Shown here: positions 27,068-39,568 of the stretch, in pieces
How the letters are laid out: every line of letters begins with the position of its first letter
How positions within the stretch are numbered: the first letter of the stretch is position 1
Assembly (NCBI GenBank): GCA_051294375.1
Contig: CM119265.1
Location: forward strand, 17,922,484 to 17,986,483
DNA length: 64,000 nt
Reading direction: 5' to 3'
Origin: Paraspadella gotoi
Taxonomy: Eukaryota; Animalia; Chaetognatha
Notes under the pieces: generated by a model
The model's database searches: none
Seen by the model: only the letters and a program-made list of their open reading frames with translations
Told to the model about the DNA's origin: nothing
Position numbers and translations under genes: made by a program

Positions 27068-28309
27068 GTGAAAATATCGTGGTCTCGCGATGCCTCCGGC
27101 GGCGGTGCAGGACGACGGCGTCGAGGGTTAAAGGAGATGTTGGCGCATCCCGGCAGCGGCGCACGTCTCACGCCTTCTGTTCGGTCAGGGGTTGAGAGGT
27201 GCGAACTTCCGAGTGGACAGTATTTTTCCCGCACCCCGGGGCATATAGTTTAATACGAAAATTAAATCATTTTCATACGTAACTTACTAAGCAGAAGTTT
27301 GAATACCGATCTGAGAGAGATAACAACCTCGATTCTTAATTTACTAGAATTCATAGCGATATCAGTAAAAAATTTTCCGTTAGAAATTTATTTTCCAATA
27401 CTAAAAATAGAATAATAAATAAAATCAAATCAATAATTAGAATTAGATTCGAATAAATAAAACAAACACTGCGGTCTATCGGCCGACAGGGGATCGACCT
27501 CAACGTCGCCGGAGATCTACTCGACGCCGCTTTCGTCACCGGCGCCCCCATCCCCCACAGTGCCGCCCTCCCCACCGGCGCCCCGGCGTCGATCTTTCCC
27601 CGACATTCTCCCCTCCTTCACGCGACTCGTGGCGGACGACGAGGACGAGGGCGCTACGGTGCGGATTGGCGCCTCCAACGCCGCCAGCGATGACGCCGCC
27701 AATGACGGCGTCGATCGGCTGGAGGCGCGCATCGCCGCCGCCGTCGGAGGACGTCGTATCGGAAAGGCTGGGCGGAGGAAGGGCCTGTTTAGAGGGAGAT
27801 TCTCGAAAAGAGCTGGATTCTTCAGGAACAATTACAATTGGAATAATAAAGTGGTGTGCGAGAATCAGGCCTTTAATCAGGCAAGTTGTTTTAATTCTAA
27901 GGCACAGACTCAACTCTTACAGGCTGAGTCCCCTCCGCGCAGGCTGCAAGACCTGTCTGGATGGGGCTCGCGGTAACCGCAGGCTGTTTCGCCGCTTTCG
28001 AGCTGCTTTCGCGGTGTTGGAAGTGTATTTAATGAATTAATTCATTTGCAACATCAAAAGTATTAGATATTTTATTAAATGTCATTTTTGAGAGGGCGCA
28101 AAAAAGCTTTTGGTCTGTATCATCGCTTCGTAACTCGACTCGGGAAGGTCCGAAAGATCCTTGACAGGGCGCTTTCCTTCTCGTAGCAGGACGACAACAA
28201 GCAAGACGAGGATCAGGCGCAGAACCACGCAGGCGAAGATGCAGAGCCGCCGAGATCGAAGATCTGCTGCTGCTGTGCGGGAAGCTCTCAACAAATGGAT
28301 CCTCGCGAC
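27068..28309 (+). CDS. GC-rich probable coding exons, possibly 5' exons of the kinase gene; strand and frames uncertain
   Basis: After cag at ~27489 one frame reads GSTSTSPEIYSTPLSSPAPPSPTVPPSPPAPRRRSFPDILPSFTRLVADDEDEG...; further GC-rich blocks at 27068-27190, 27923-28023 and 28150-28309. Opposite-strand ORFs are also open. Confidence 0.35.
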
Positions 28310-29044
28310 GTGAGGAAACTGGTAGGCGGATCCATTGGCGATAATCGTGGAGCGAACCGGCTGACTCTCCTACTCTCTATTTTTTTCTCCTTTTTTGCCC
28401 TCTTCCTTTTCATGCCTCCCTTTTCACTTCACTTTTAAATACATCACTCGTTCGCTCTCCATTTCATTTTTCTTACGGGCGGGAATTTTCATCTTTTTGG
28501 TAATGCAAGGAAGTTAAGTCTGTTAAATTGGAAGACGAGTACTGGAGAGGAAGAGGCCACGGCAAGGTAGAATGTCATTGCGAAAGATTCGTAAATAGGC
28601 TTTTTTTTCTTCTTTATCTTTCTTCTTTCCTTGAGATGGACTGTGTTTGTGGCTGTCCGAGTCATTGGGTCCTAAAGTTTGTCAGTTTGTCTGATTGACA
28701 ATTTGTCTTTCTGGGTTAGTTGTCTCTTATCTCTCCGTCTATCTGTGTTTGTCTTTTTAACCATAGATAGGATTTACTCATTAATAAAAGTAAAATAATT
28801 GAGCAGATTACCACACTCAGCAGGCGTTTGTATATTCAATGAGATATCAGCAAAATGATATGAATTTATCTAAAACTAAAGATATATTATTTTAAATCAT
28901 TAGCTCGAAACAGACAGTGCAACCAATTATCGAAGACAGGAGAGAAACGAAAGGGGAGAATTCTTTTCCTCCATGCTTCCTTCTTGCCTCCTTGGCCACC
29001 CCCCGCCCCACACTGCTTCTCCTCCTTCTTCCACTCTTGTCGAG

Positions 29045-30873
29045 GTCATTTTGAAGTCACATTCGAATACGGAAATTCTCGCGCTAGGAAATTTCGGGAG
29101 ACGTCGAACTGCCGTCCCAGGAAGGAATTCCCAACTTCCGAGCTCGCCCCGCGACGAGGTGAGAACGAGTTTGAAGATCATCAGTCATCTCTACCTTCTG
29201 CTCGACCAATTGACCATACCCGTCCCCTCTCCCGCTTCAGCACCTCCTTCCGACAAGTATTCAGCCGGGAGTACAAAATCTTCTACGCGAAACTGTCGAA
29301 GAGATACGGCGCCGGAAAATCTCGAGAGGGAGAGCTCATCGCCACCGACGGCGCGATTCCCACGGATCACGATCTCATGCAGGTTCGCCGTTTGGGGCCG
29401 ACTTCCCATGGCAGGATAGTCGTCGTGGATCGAGCTCAATTTGACAAGAGTTTCCGAGGTTATTTCGATGCGATCTTCATGCAGGCGAGGAATCTATACG
29501 ACAGCATTCCCGTAGTGAGAGACAGCGAATTGAGGATCGCGAAGCAGGATGGAGAAAGGTGATGGAGTGATGGTTAATCTTAGGTCAAACCTTGAGAATT
29601 TTCGATTGCGTTGCTCTTACTCGACTTTCTTGTTAACCCGAAGAATTGTCCTCGGCAAAGGAAACAACGGCGCAGTTTTCATTGCTTTCTATACGGGAGC
29701 CCATAAGGGAATTCCGGAAGGTGAAACATTTTGATGCTAGTTTGATTTAGCTAGGAAAGAAAATAAAATGTCGATTTATAAACTGAAATCTCGATATTCT
29801 TGATGGATTTAATCGAATCAATTTGCGTTAATATTTTCATTCGACTCTCATTCATTCGCGTCGAAACCGAGGCATCGCGCTGAAAATCTTCTTTCGCTCT
29901 TCGCCGGTTTCCGTCCGCAAGGAGGCTCTGCTCTCGATTTTGGCGTCGCAAGGCGGATACGCGCCGAGGTGAGATACATAATGAGAGAAAGGATTATAAG
30001 ATTGTGGCAGTTATTATATTTTTCGAATTTAGGATATTCGGAATTGTTTACTTGAAACGTATTGACGCCTACGGTCTCGTAGCCGAATTTATTCCAAAGC
30101 GGAAAAATTCCAAAAACTCCGTGAGTAATTTCTCTTTAATTTAACTTTTAACGTTTCTATAGTGGCCGTTAGTGGGAGACGATTACGCGAGCGGTTTAGT
30201 GCCCATTGATGACAAATCTCAGAACTTTGAATCTGACAGTAGATACTATTGGGGCGGTCCCTCTTTTCGCGCGTCTCTTCAGGGCGCGAACCTGAAACTT
30301 TTTGGTTGGCGACATTCGAGTTCAAAGGATTTTGTGGATGGGTCAAGGACGAGTGGCGGGGTAAATACTGCCGCCACGCTATCTAACCTATCTACTCACC
30401 TATCTATCCATCCATTCAACTTACGAATTAGGTTGAGGCTTGGACGTTGCGAATGCTTATTCACGAAGAGAAAGATCGGCCGACGATGCGAGCTGAGGAC
30501 CTGTTCCGGCTTTGCTGGAAGATGGCCATCGGTCTCCAGACTATTCACGACCAACACGTCGTCATTGGCGACATCAAGACCGACAATATTTTGTTACAGG
30601 CGCGATTGGTTAAACGATTATTTAATTTTTTGATTAATTGAATGTTTTATTTATTGTTTTAATTTATTATTTGTGTGAATGCTTCCTTTCGTTGCGAATT
30701 AGGAATTGGTTTGAAGGAAATAAAATTTATATTTTTGTTTACAAACATCGAGTTTGAATAGAAACAATAATAACGGACATGTTTCTACTTGCTTGCAAGT
30801 CTTCAGCATTGATAAAATGTTTGTAAAATGTTTTTACTAATTTTTATTGAGCGATCGATTAAGCCATTGAACA

Positions 30874-30904
<31 letters not shown>

Positions 30905-31362
30905 TAGATCGACGATAAGGGCGCGATCAACCCGTTCTTCATCGACTACGGTCTCTCGGGTTTCTACCGCGGGAAAGAGCTCAACGTCAAGAGTCGCAAC
31001 GGAACGAAAGTGAGACTCAAAATGGACGCCGAGGATTTCATGGAAAAGTTTCCACATTATCCGCCAGAGGTTGCCAAGGGCGAACCGACTTCCAAAGTGA
31101 GCGGGGAATAGAAGATATTTTTTTTTACATTTTAACATTGGAAGCTTTGCCATTAAAGTTTTAAGTGTATCAATGCAGCAAGGCGACGTCTTTGGTCTCG
31201 GTCGACTCTACATGAGGATGTTTCGCGCCATTAAAGTGTTAAAGAGACACCAGCAATCCAAGCAGTTCTATCAGGTCGATTTAAGTTGTTCTTGTCAGAA
31301 AACGGATTTATTTTGTTGTTTTAGTGAGGTTGATATTGGTGCATATGCCTTGCTCATTTTCA

Positions 31363-31431
<69 letters not shown>

Positions 31432-31670
31432 CCCAGGCGTTTCACAGCTGCATGCGAGAGAACCCCCAGGAGCGCCTCCGCCTTCCGATGCTTAGGGAAA
31501 GGCTGCAGGAAATTGTGTCGTCGATCGAGAACGACAACCGTAACTTGGCGGCGCAAAAGGCGGCGCTCGCCGGTGGCGAAAACGGTCGCAAAACGCCCGA
31601 CTTAAAACGTGCCGCCAACGGCCCCTCCACCTTTAACGCTTCCAACGTGATCAGCTCAATCAGGACGTGA
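29045..31670 (+). CDS. Divergent eukaryotic protein kinase (non-RD), 5' end not determined
   Basis: Phase-compatible exons 29045-29558, 29644-29720, 29872-29968, 30033-30120, 30163-30360, 30432-30599 (or 30608), 30908-31096, 31179-31274, 31437-31670. Subdomains in order: LGKGNNGAV (Gly loop), IALK, KEA (alphaC), GLVAEFI (hinge), IGDIKTDNILL (catalytic loop), IDYGLS, YPPEV, GDVFGLG, NPQER. An AATAAA follows at ~31838. Confidence 0.9.
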
Positions 31671-31870
31671 GGAGGAGGCTTTGTTTTCTCTCTCTAACTT
31701 CGCACTTGTCATTCATTGTGCAACTTGTCTTCAAGTCTCACTTTCTCGCTCGACTTTCTCGACTTTAACGCGAAATCGAATGCTGAATATTAACAGAACG
31801 TCATTGCTTAGAAGAATGAATAGTAGCTTAAATAAATAATAAATTCTGTGAGTCAAAAAAAAAAAAAAAA

Positions 31871-32037
31871 ATCAGTTTTCAATAAATTTCGTCGCTAATT
31901 AGGTAATTGGCATTCCAGTTTTACGACGGTAATGTAACCAAAAGAAAAAAAAATCAGTTTTCAATAAATTTCGTCGCTAATTAGGTAATTGGCATTCCAG
32001 TTTTGCGACGGTAATGTAACCAAAAGAAGAAAAAAAA
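31871..32037 (+). repeat. Two tandem copies of an ~82-bp unit
   Basis: atcagttttcaataaatttcgtcgctaattaggtaattggcattccagtttt(a/g)cgacggtaatgtaaccaaaaga starts at 31871 and again at 31953. Confidence 0.9.
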
Positions 32038-32042
32038 TCGGA

Positions 32043-32888
32043 ATGCCCCGTTCTCAAATCTTCCTTCCCTTCGGAGATTTCGTGTTAGAGAATCTTTCGA
32101 GCCGACGTGTGGGGAATAACGACGTCGCGTGTTGGGATGGAGCAGCCGAGTCAACGAAAAAGGGAGGATCAGAAAAGGCCATAAGTCCCATGGTGTTTGC
32201 TTCGGTTTCATCGATAAATTTAAAACATGTTTTGATTTTAGTTCTTAAACTTTAAAAATTACAATGCGGTCAATCGAACCCATATCCGATCATCAGCCAC
32301 CGAACAGGTTTGCAAAAGGGCGTATACAATTTTATACATTGTACTTTGAGAAAAGTAAATCCTTATTACGGCAGAATGTATTTACTACTTAGTTAATTGT
32401 TAAACAAATTAATTTTGCAAATTTATAATAAATTAATACGTATATGAATAAATATTAGATTTTACATTTTTACAATATTAAACAACCAATATCTTTGTAT
32501 TCGAATTTTTATTCTCCTCTTCTCTAGAGACGGGACGTGGGGAATGAGAAACGCCCCACGTGCTCTCAACAAATACGTTTGTCGTTCGCTGGCGAAAACG
32601 GGTCAAGACGGAACCGGCGCCCTTCTCCGCCTAAAAGACCAAAAACAAGACGTCGACGCCGAGGTCCGCATGCCCGGCGCTAGTCTGGAGGAACGGCCCG
32701 ACGCTGAGTTGGATCCCCTGCGCCGGGATTCGTTTCATCGACGCCGAATCGCGTTGTCCGCCGAGAACGCGCCGCTAACTCCGGAAGAGATGGGCGTGGT
32801 TGTCGGGGACCTTGTCCGTGAAATGTGGGACGCCGCCGCCACGCAGCTGCGAGAGGAAGAGGGAGCCCAAAAAACTGGGGCCTGTTAA
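32043..32888 (+). CDS. Small spliced gene of unknown function (putative)
   Basis: ATG 32043 gives MPRSQIFLPFGDFVLENLSSRR...ISPM; a polypyrimidine tract and tag acceptor at ~32526 precede the GC-rich ORF ...MRNAPRALNKYVCRSLAK...EMWDAAATQLREEEGAQKTGAC* ending 32888, set in very AT-rich flanks. Confidence 0.45.
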
Positions 32889-35800
32889 ACTTAAAGAAAG
32901 TTTAAAAAATATTGGACGCTTCGTCTTAGAAAATAATTTAAGACAAATTTAAGTACATCCTCAATTTTCTTAAAATTAACTTTAAGTTTAACTCTGCATG
33001 CAATGTTAAAATCGTATTTTTTATAAATAAGAAAATAATTTTGTAAACCTTTTGTTTTCATCGCTTCGGATTTGTGCGCTCTCTGTAAACTGACTCTCTT
33101 ATTGAAAAACATAAGACTAATATCTATCTATCTTCTTACCGGAGATTATTCGAGTAATTATATTTTACGCTTTTTTAATGAAAGAATTTTTAAGCGAATC
33201 CTCCTAGTAGAGCCAAACTTCGTCAATGGAGTGGGTCAGAAGTTTGATTTGGGAACCTTTCCAAATCAAAATTCATACATTTCTGAGAAAACTTTCAATG
33301 GAGCAAAATTTTCTAAAATGGCAAGAAGCATTAGTAATTAATTTTTTAATATTTATTTATAGATAGGAAATGTCAAAACAATTTTTTGAATTTTTTATTT
33401 TTAAAAGTGGATTCAAATAGCTTATGAAAAGTTATCTACACAAAGTATNNNNNNNNNNNNNNNNNNNNNTCACTGATGGTATGTTGTTCATAATTGACCT
33501 TTAGAATTTACGTACGTAACTTTCACTACGCCTTATTACTCATGGTTCGGAACATTTTTGCAAAAAAATATTTTAACACAATAATTAATACCAATAATGG
33601 ATTAGTTTTTTGCTGTTCCCATTATACACGGTTCCCTAGACACCCCGAAAAAGAATATAGAAATAACCCATTTTTGAAACACAAAAAAATGAAAAATATA
33701 ATGTTTTTACTACATCGTAGTGAAGTCGAAAAATTTTGATCCAAGCAAGTTTTTTTTTAATTGAATTTTAAAGTTTTGTTATAATTTTTTATACAAAATA
33801 ATGAGAAACTAAACAACGATTTGTCATTCTTTGTCAAATTTTACTTTCTTTATATCAATCATTATCTACTGAAAGAGAGCTTTAATTTGAACTCACTCTC
33901 ATAAGCCTACGATTATTCGTTCTCAAGTTATTATTGAAAATAACTCAATTTATTACAAAAATAGTAACCATTTTGTAATTACTACATGAAAGACTTAATC
34001 AATTCTTATTTAATAAAAAACTATAGAAATGTAACATACAATTGCTTAGCTTAAAAATTAACCTAATTGTAAATTTTTCTTCAGCAAATAACTACTATGA
34101 AATGCTATGTATAAAATTGTTAAATTTTATATAGATATTTTTATATAATTTAACATCAAGCAAGAGCATTATTAGTAATATTATATATCCAAAATAATCC
34201 TTATTTTATGAGCTTTCTTTTGAGTCTAATCTCAGTTCTCTGTGATAATTCGTTTATTAGATATTGACAAAAACAATTCCACAAAATGCTTAAAAAGTAA
34301 AAAAAATATTCAAAAATATTAATATTTGAGTCAATTTTTGATCGATATTATCATAAAAGGTTTTAATTGATAGAAAAATATGCCAATAATAGATTAAATT
34401 TTATATTTAAAGTTTTTTTAATCAAACATGACTTGTGATCGCCTTTTTTCTCCAAAAATATACAAATAAAATTGTGATTTGTCTTTTTTATGCTAATTAT
34501 TTAAGCTTTTAATATTAGAATTCTTACTGAAAAATGATATAATAAAACATTTGTGACTCTTTCTCACCAGGTTCTCACGAGACCGGTCATCTTCAAATCT
34601 CCATAATTTTTATTAGTACAAATGAATCTCTTTGACAGCTTAGTCAATGAAAGAAAAAACGACGAGAGAGAACCATTCAAATAGCCTGGTTCTCCATATG
34701 AAAATTGAAAGTAACTTTTCAGTTTTGATTAATCATTATTTTATTTGCTTAATTATCTAACTCCGTCTGGAATTGAACTACTTTCTTAGCGCTGAAAAGA
34801 TAAGTATTAGGTTAATTATTATCCTTTTGAAAAAATCAAACAAATAAGATAAAGGCTAATGTTTATTTAAGTACCACTTTCGACAGTACAGTAAAAAGAA
34901 TAAAGATGGCTCGACGGACAATCTAAACATAAATATCTTTGAATAAATAGCCTCCATTTTTCATATTCAGTTCACATATAAATTAAATTTAATAACCGCG
35001 AAAAATATCTGAAATATAAAATGAATAAACTTTTCAATAGAGAGACTATTTTCTTAATTAGGACGAATACAAACGAAAATATTTAATTACATCTTAAAAC
35101 TTGATTTCAAGTGATTGTCATCACAAATAAACGTCAATACAGGATACAATTTTAATTTATACAAAAATCGAACAACCGAATAAAAAATATAGTAATGAGA
35201 AAATTAGTGAATTGATTTGACCTAAGTTTCGAGAACCTGTCCAAGAATCCATCTTCATCCGGATAATAAAACCGTTCGGTTCTTGAGAAAAGGGATGACT
35301 AAGTTCGGATCGAATGGGACTAAAAAAAAAGGACTAAAACTGGATAAAACTGGATAGGAAACGTACAAAATGAGGTCCAAAACAGTCGTACGCGACTTTT
35401 ACACGAGAACACGTGAAAAAAGGTTACCGGGAAGATTCCGAAATTATATGAATTGATCATACTGATGTTTTAAAAAAATATTTTCACCTTTTTTTACGTT
35501 TTTTCTGTCAAAATAAGACGCTAATACGAATATTACGCCATGAGTACAAAAATCTCGGGAAACAGTAGCACAAAAATAAGGTAAGTTAATGTAAAAAACG
35601 CATTCATGTTTTTTTGGGCGTAATGTCATTTCAAATTGAGACACCCGCTCGTTCTGAGAAGATTCACTGTTCATTATTCATTGTTCAAATTTAAATTTTA
35701 TCTCACTAATTATAATCGTATGAAATAATTTAAAATAAGTTTTAGCGAGAACTTTCGTGAAGCTTCCTAAAAGCTTATTTCAGCATGTGACAAAAAATCG

Positions 35801-36059
35801 TAACTATTATCACGACAAGGTACAAAAAATATCTATATTTCTTCTTTAATTCAATGGGCCTCAATTTATCGACTTTTTTTGTCACAGGCTATTTCAACAT
35901 AAAAATTAAAAAAAACAGTAAACAATCACGAGCCAACGGTTTGACGATTATCGACAAACTCCAGTAAGCAAGCGGATGAAATTTCGGGAGAGGGGAAGGG
36001 AAAAACTGGACATTGGACATAGGACAAAGCCGGGGAAAGGGGAAAAGTCGCGAACGAGG

Positions 36060-36747
36060 TCACATGTGGGTTAAAGACAAAGGGTTCAACGGGTTGGACG
36101 AAGTTCCGTAGTGAAACGCAGCGGCGTGCTCGTACTTCATGTTGGAGTGAGGACCGCCTGGGAAGGATTAAAAATAGATCGAGATTTTGAGTAAGAAAGT
36201 TTTGATGACAAGATTGTTAAAAATTGAAGATGGTTATTAGTATTAGTATACTTACAATGATGGGATACAATGATACAATGATACAACGGCAGGATGGAAT
36301 GACAAAAATATAGCTAGAAAAATAGAAAATAACGCAGAGGCGACTCACCTGGCGAGTGAGTGCTGAGATCGACGCCGTACATGGGCGTCGGCCTCGACAG
36401 GTGATCGTGGTTGACTTGAAGGGAATTCGTAGTCGATCCGGACGAACCCCAAGAGGAGGTGGGGGAGCCGGAATGACCGCCTATTGCAGAATTTATATGG
36501 GTAATTTTACAAATGAAACAAATCGAAATCTCAAAGCGGACGGTGTTTTCATATTCGCCCAACTGACCTGGGCTGAGGTCGCTCTTGACCGAGCTTCCGT
36601 TAGAATCGGATTTGGCGACGGAGGAGGTCGTGGCGCCGCTTCCGCCGAGGACGTTGGCGGAGGGGTTAAGCATCGACGAGGAACTGGAGGAAAGGAGGGA
36701 AGGAATTGTTATGTTTGTTTCGTTCCAATCGTTGTTTTCTCTCTCTT

Positions 36748-36828
<81 letters not shown>

Positions 36829-39483
36829 ATTTCTACCTATCTCTCAATCACGTATTCTCTTACTGTAATAGTATATCCGGTGGCGGCGGCGGCAGCTACG
36901 GCGTCGCCGTCAGCGCGGCCGCCTGCGCGGCGTAGGAGTACATGTGGGCGTAAGGGGATTGGGCGGCGGCGGCTGCGGCGGCCTGGCTCATCGAAGCCGT
37001 AGATCCGCCGGCTGCCGCCACGTTGTAGTTGTAGTAGGAGGAGGAGCCAAGTTGTGACGCCTGCTGCGTGTAGGGGCTCATGTTGGCCGCGGCCATGGAG
37101 TAGGTGTTGAAGGGCGACCACGTTGGCTGGCGGGGAGGTAAGGGTAATAGTGGGTAAGGGATGAGGGAAGGTTAATTAATAGGAAAAGAATGCGTATAAC
37201 GAACGTCTCGGATTTCGAACCGCATAATTTGCTCGAACGAGATAAGATAAAAATGAACTCGCGACCGAGATTTAGGTTGACGTAAAAGTTGGCGCGGTTG
37301 CGCTCACGCTCTTACCTGCAAAAGTGGATTTCCTCTTCCGTCCAAAAGACCCTGCATGCCGAATTTGTCCTTCTTGAAGATATTCTTGATCTTCCTACGA
37401 GGCTGATACTTGTAGTCCGGATGCTCTTGCAGATGTTGCGCGCGCAACCTGACCGGAGAAAAGAAGCAGGAATAAACAAAATGGCGGAGATAAAACTGGG
37501 ATTAGATTTCGAAAAAAAAAGAAGAGGGAGAGGATATAAAAATCTTTTGAAACTCGATCCACGGATTGTGTAAGAGAGAAACATGAAAGGAGAAAGAGAA
37601 AGGAGAGAGAGAGAAAGGGAAGAGGGGGAGAGAGAGGGAGAGGGAGAGATAGATATAATTTTCTCTCCGTCGCTCCTTTTTCATTTTTTTTATTTTTTTG
37701 CTTTTTAAATTTTTAAAATTTTTAAATTTGATCACAATTTTTAGTTCTCCGTTCTCTGAAGCAAAGGGTTTCTTTCTCACCTCTTGGCCTCCTCAATAAA
37801 AGGCCGTTTCTCTGTCTCGCTCAACGCTTTCCACTGTTCCCCCAACAACTTGGAGATTTCCGAGTTGTGCATCTTGGGATTTTCCTGCGAGATCTTACGG
37901 CGCTGGGCGCGGGACCAGACCTGATGGAGTTGGTTGTCAGTCAGTTTAAACAAAGCTTTATTATTTCAAATATAATCCGACAGAAATATATTCAGATAAA
38001 AAAAGCCCTTACCATGAACGCGTTCATAGGCCTTTTGACGCGCTCCATTTGTTTGGCTTTCGAGTTTGATACGGTTGATGAGTTGAGGCCGGCTCCTGTC
38101 CCGGATGTAATTGGGGGACTCGTGTTGAGACCAGGAGAGCCACTGGAGCCTCCGCCGAGATTCGTCTCGCCGGTTGAGTGGCTAATTCCTTTGGAAAAGA
38201 TGTTTAAACAAATGTTTAAAGCCTCGATGAATGTGTAAGGGATGATTATTTAATATGATCTTAAATATGATCTTAAATCACTAAAATACAGATTTTGACT
38301 TACCCGACATGTGATGATGTGAGGTTCCGTGACTGATTCCATGGTGATGGTGAGAATGATTGGCGTTGGACACGGAGCCAATGGGAGAATTGTTCGTCGA
38401 CGGAACGATGTCGGGGGAGAGCTTAAAGAGGGAAAAAGGAAACAATCCGTAAAAAGGGAGTCCCTGGCAACAATCTCGACAAACACAACAATCCCAAAAA
38501 CAGCGCCATTTTGATTTTATACCTGTTGACCGGTGTTGTGATGAGAGCTTGGGGCCAAGTGTGACAAGTGGCTCGTTTGGCTGGAAAGGTTTTGGTTGTT
38601 GGCCGTCGATGATAGAAGACTGTCAAAAGCAACAACAATAACATTTCAAGTCATGGAAAAATATATTATGATTTGTGAATGCCAAGTCATGCCTTACCCA
38701 TGGGATCCGTGATAAAGAGAATGGTGATGCGAACCGCTACTCATCCCGTTGAGATGGTGATGATTGTGAAGTCCCATGGACGTCTGCGAGTGAATAGCAA
38801 AAGAGCAATGAATCCTCTAAGAATACGACAGAGATCTAAGCAGTAAAATTTTGTTCTCTAATTTTGACATATGAGATATCGTACATGATTTCTATTATCA
38901 AGAGATTTACCTGAGTCAGATGTTGAGGCGACAATAAGTGGTGACTGTGAAGATGCTGCATTCCTCCTTTTTTTTTCCATTAAAGCGAAAATAAAAAAAT
39001 ATGAATTTTGATTTAAAAGTTACAATAATGAAATTGTTTTAAGTTGCAACTTGACGGGCCTAATGTGGTTGAGTGCAATTGAGATTGTTCTCCCAACTCA
39101 CCTGTTTCTCCGACGGGCGAATGATGATGACCCATGGAACCCTGAAGCGCTGAGGGTGAGAGTTGATTCGGGGAATTCATGCCTGCGATACATACATGTA
39201 TTGATTAATAATCTTTAATCATTTCATAAGGTCGAACCCAATTAATATTTTTAAAGGCGATCATAAGGGCGGCGTTGGATTACGTGTAAGACAAAAGAAA
39301 TCACCCGGTGTGGACGCAACAGGTTTACTTTAAGCGAGTCACTCGTCTTTTTCAAAGCGATTTTTTTTTAAATATCGATTAATATTAGTAATATTAGTAA
39401 TATTAGTAATATCGTAGTCGAGATCCGAGTTCCTTGATTTTTAAACTTCGTTCGAATAAAAGAAGACTCAAAACTTTCTCAAC

Positions 39484-39568
<85 letters not shown>

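Noticed and set aside
27517-28294. Minus-strand gene with a transmembrane-like segment (LCIFACVVLRLILVLLVVVLL)
   Set aside because: Probably the antisense shadow of GC-rich plus-strand exons; I could not build a consistent spliced model, though it is not excluded.
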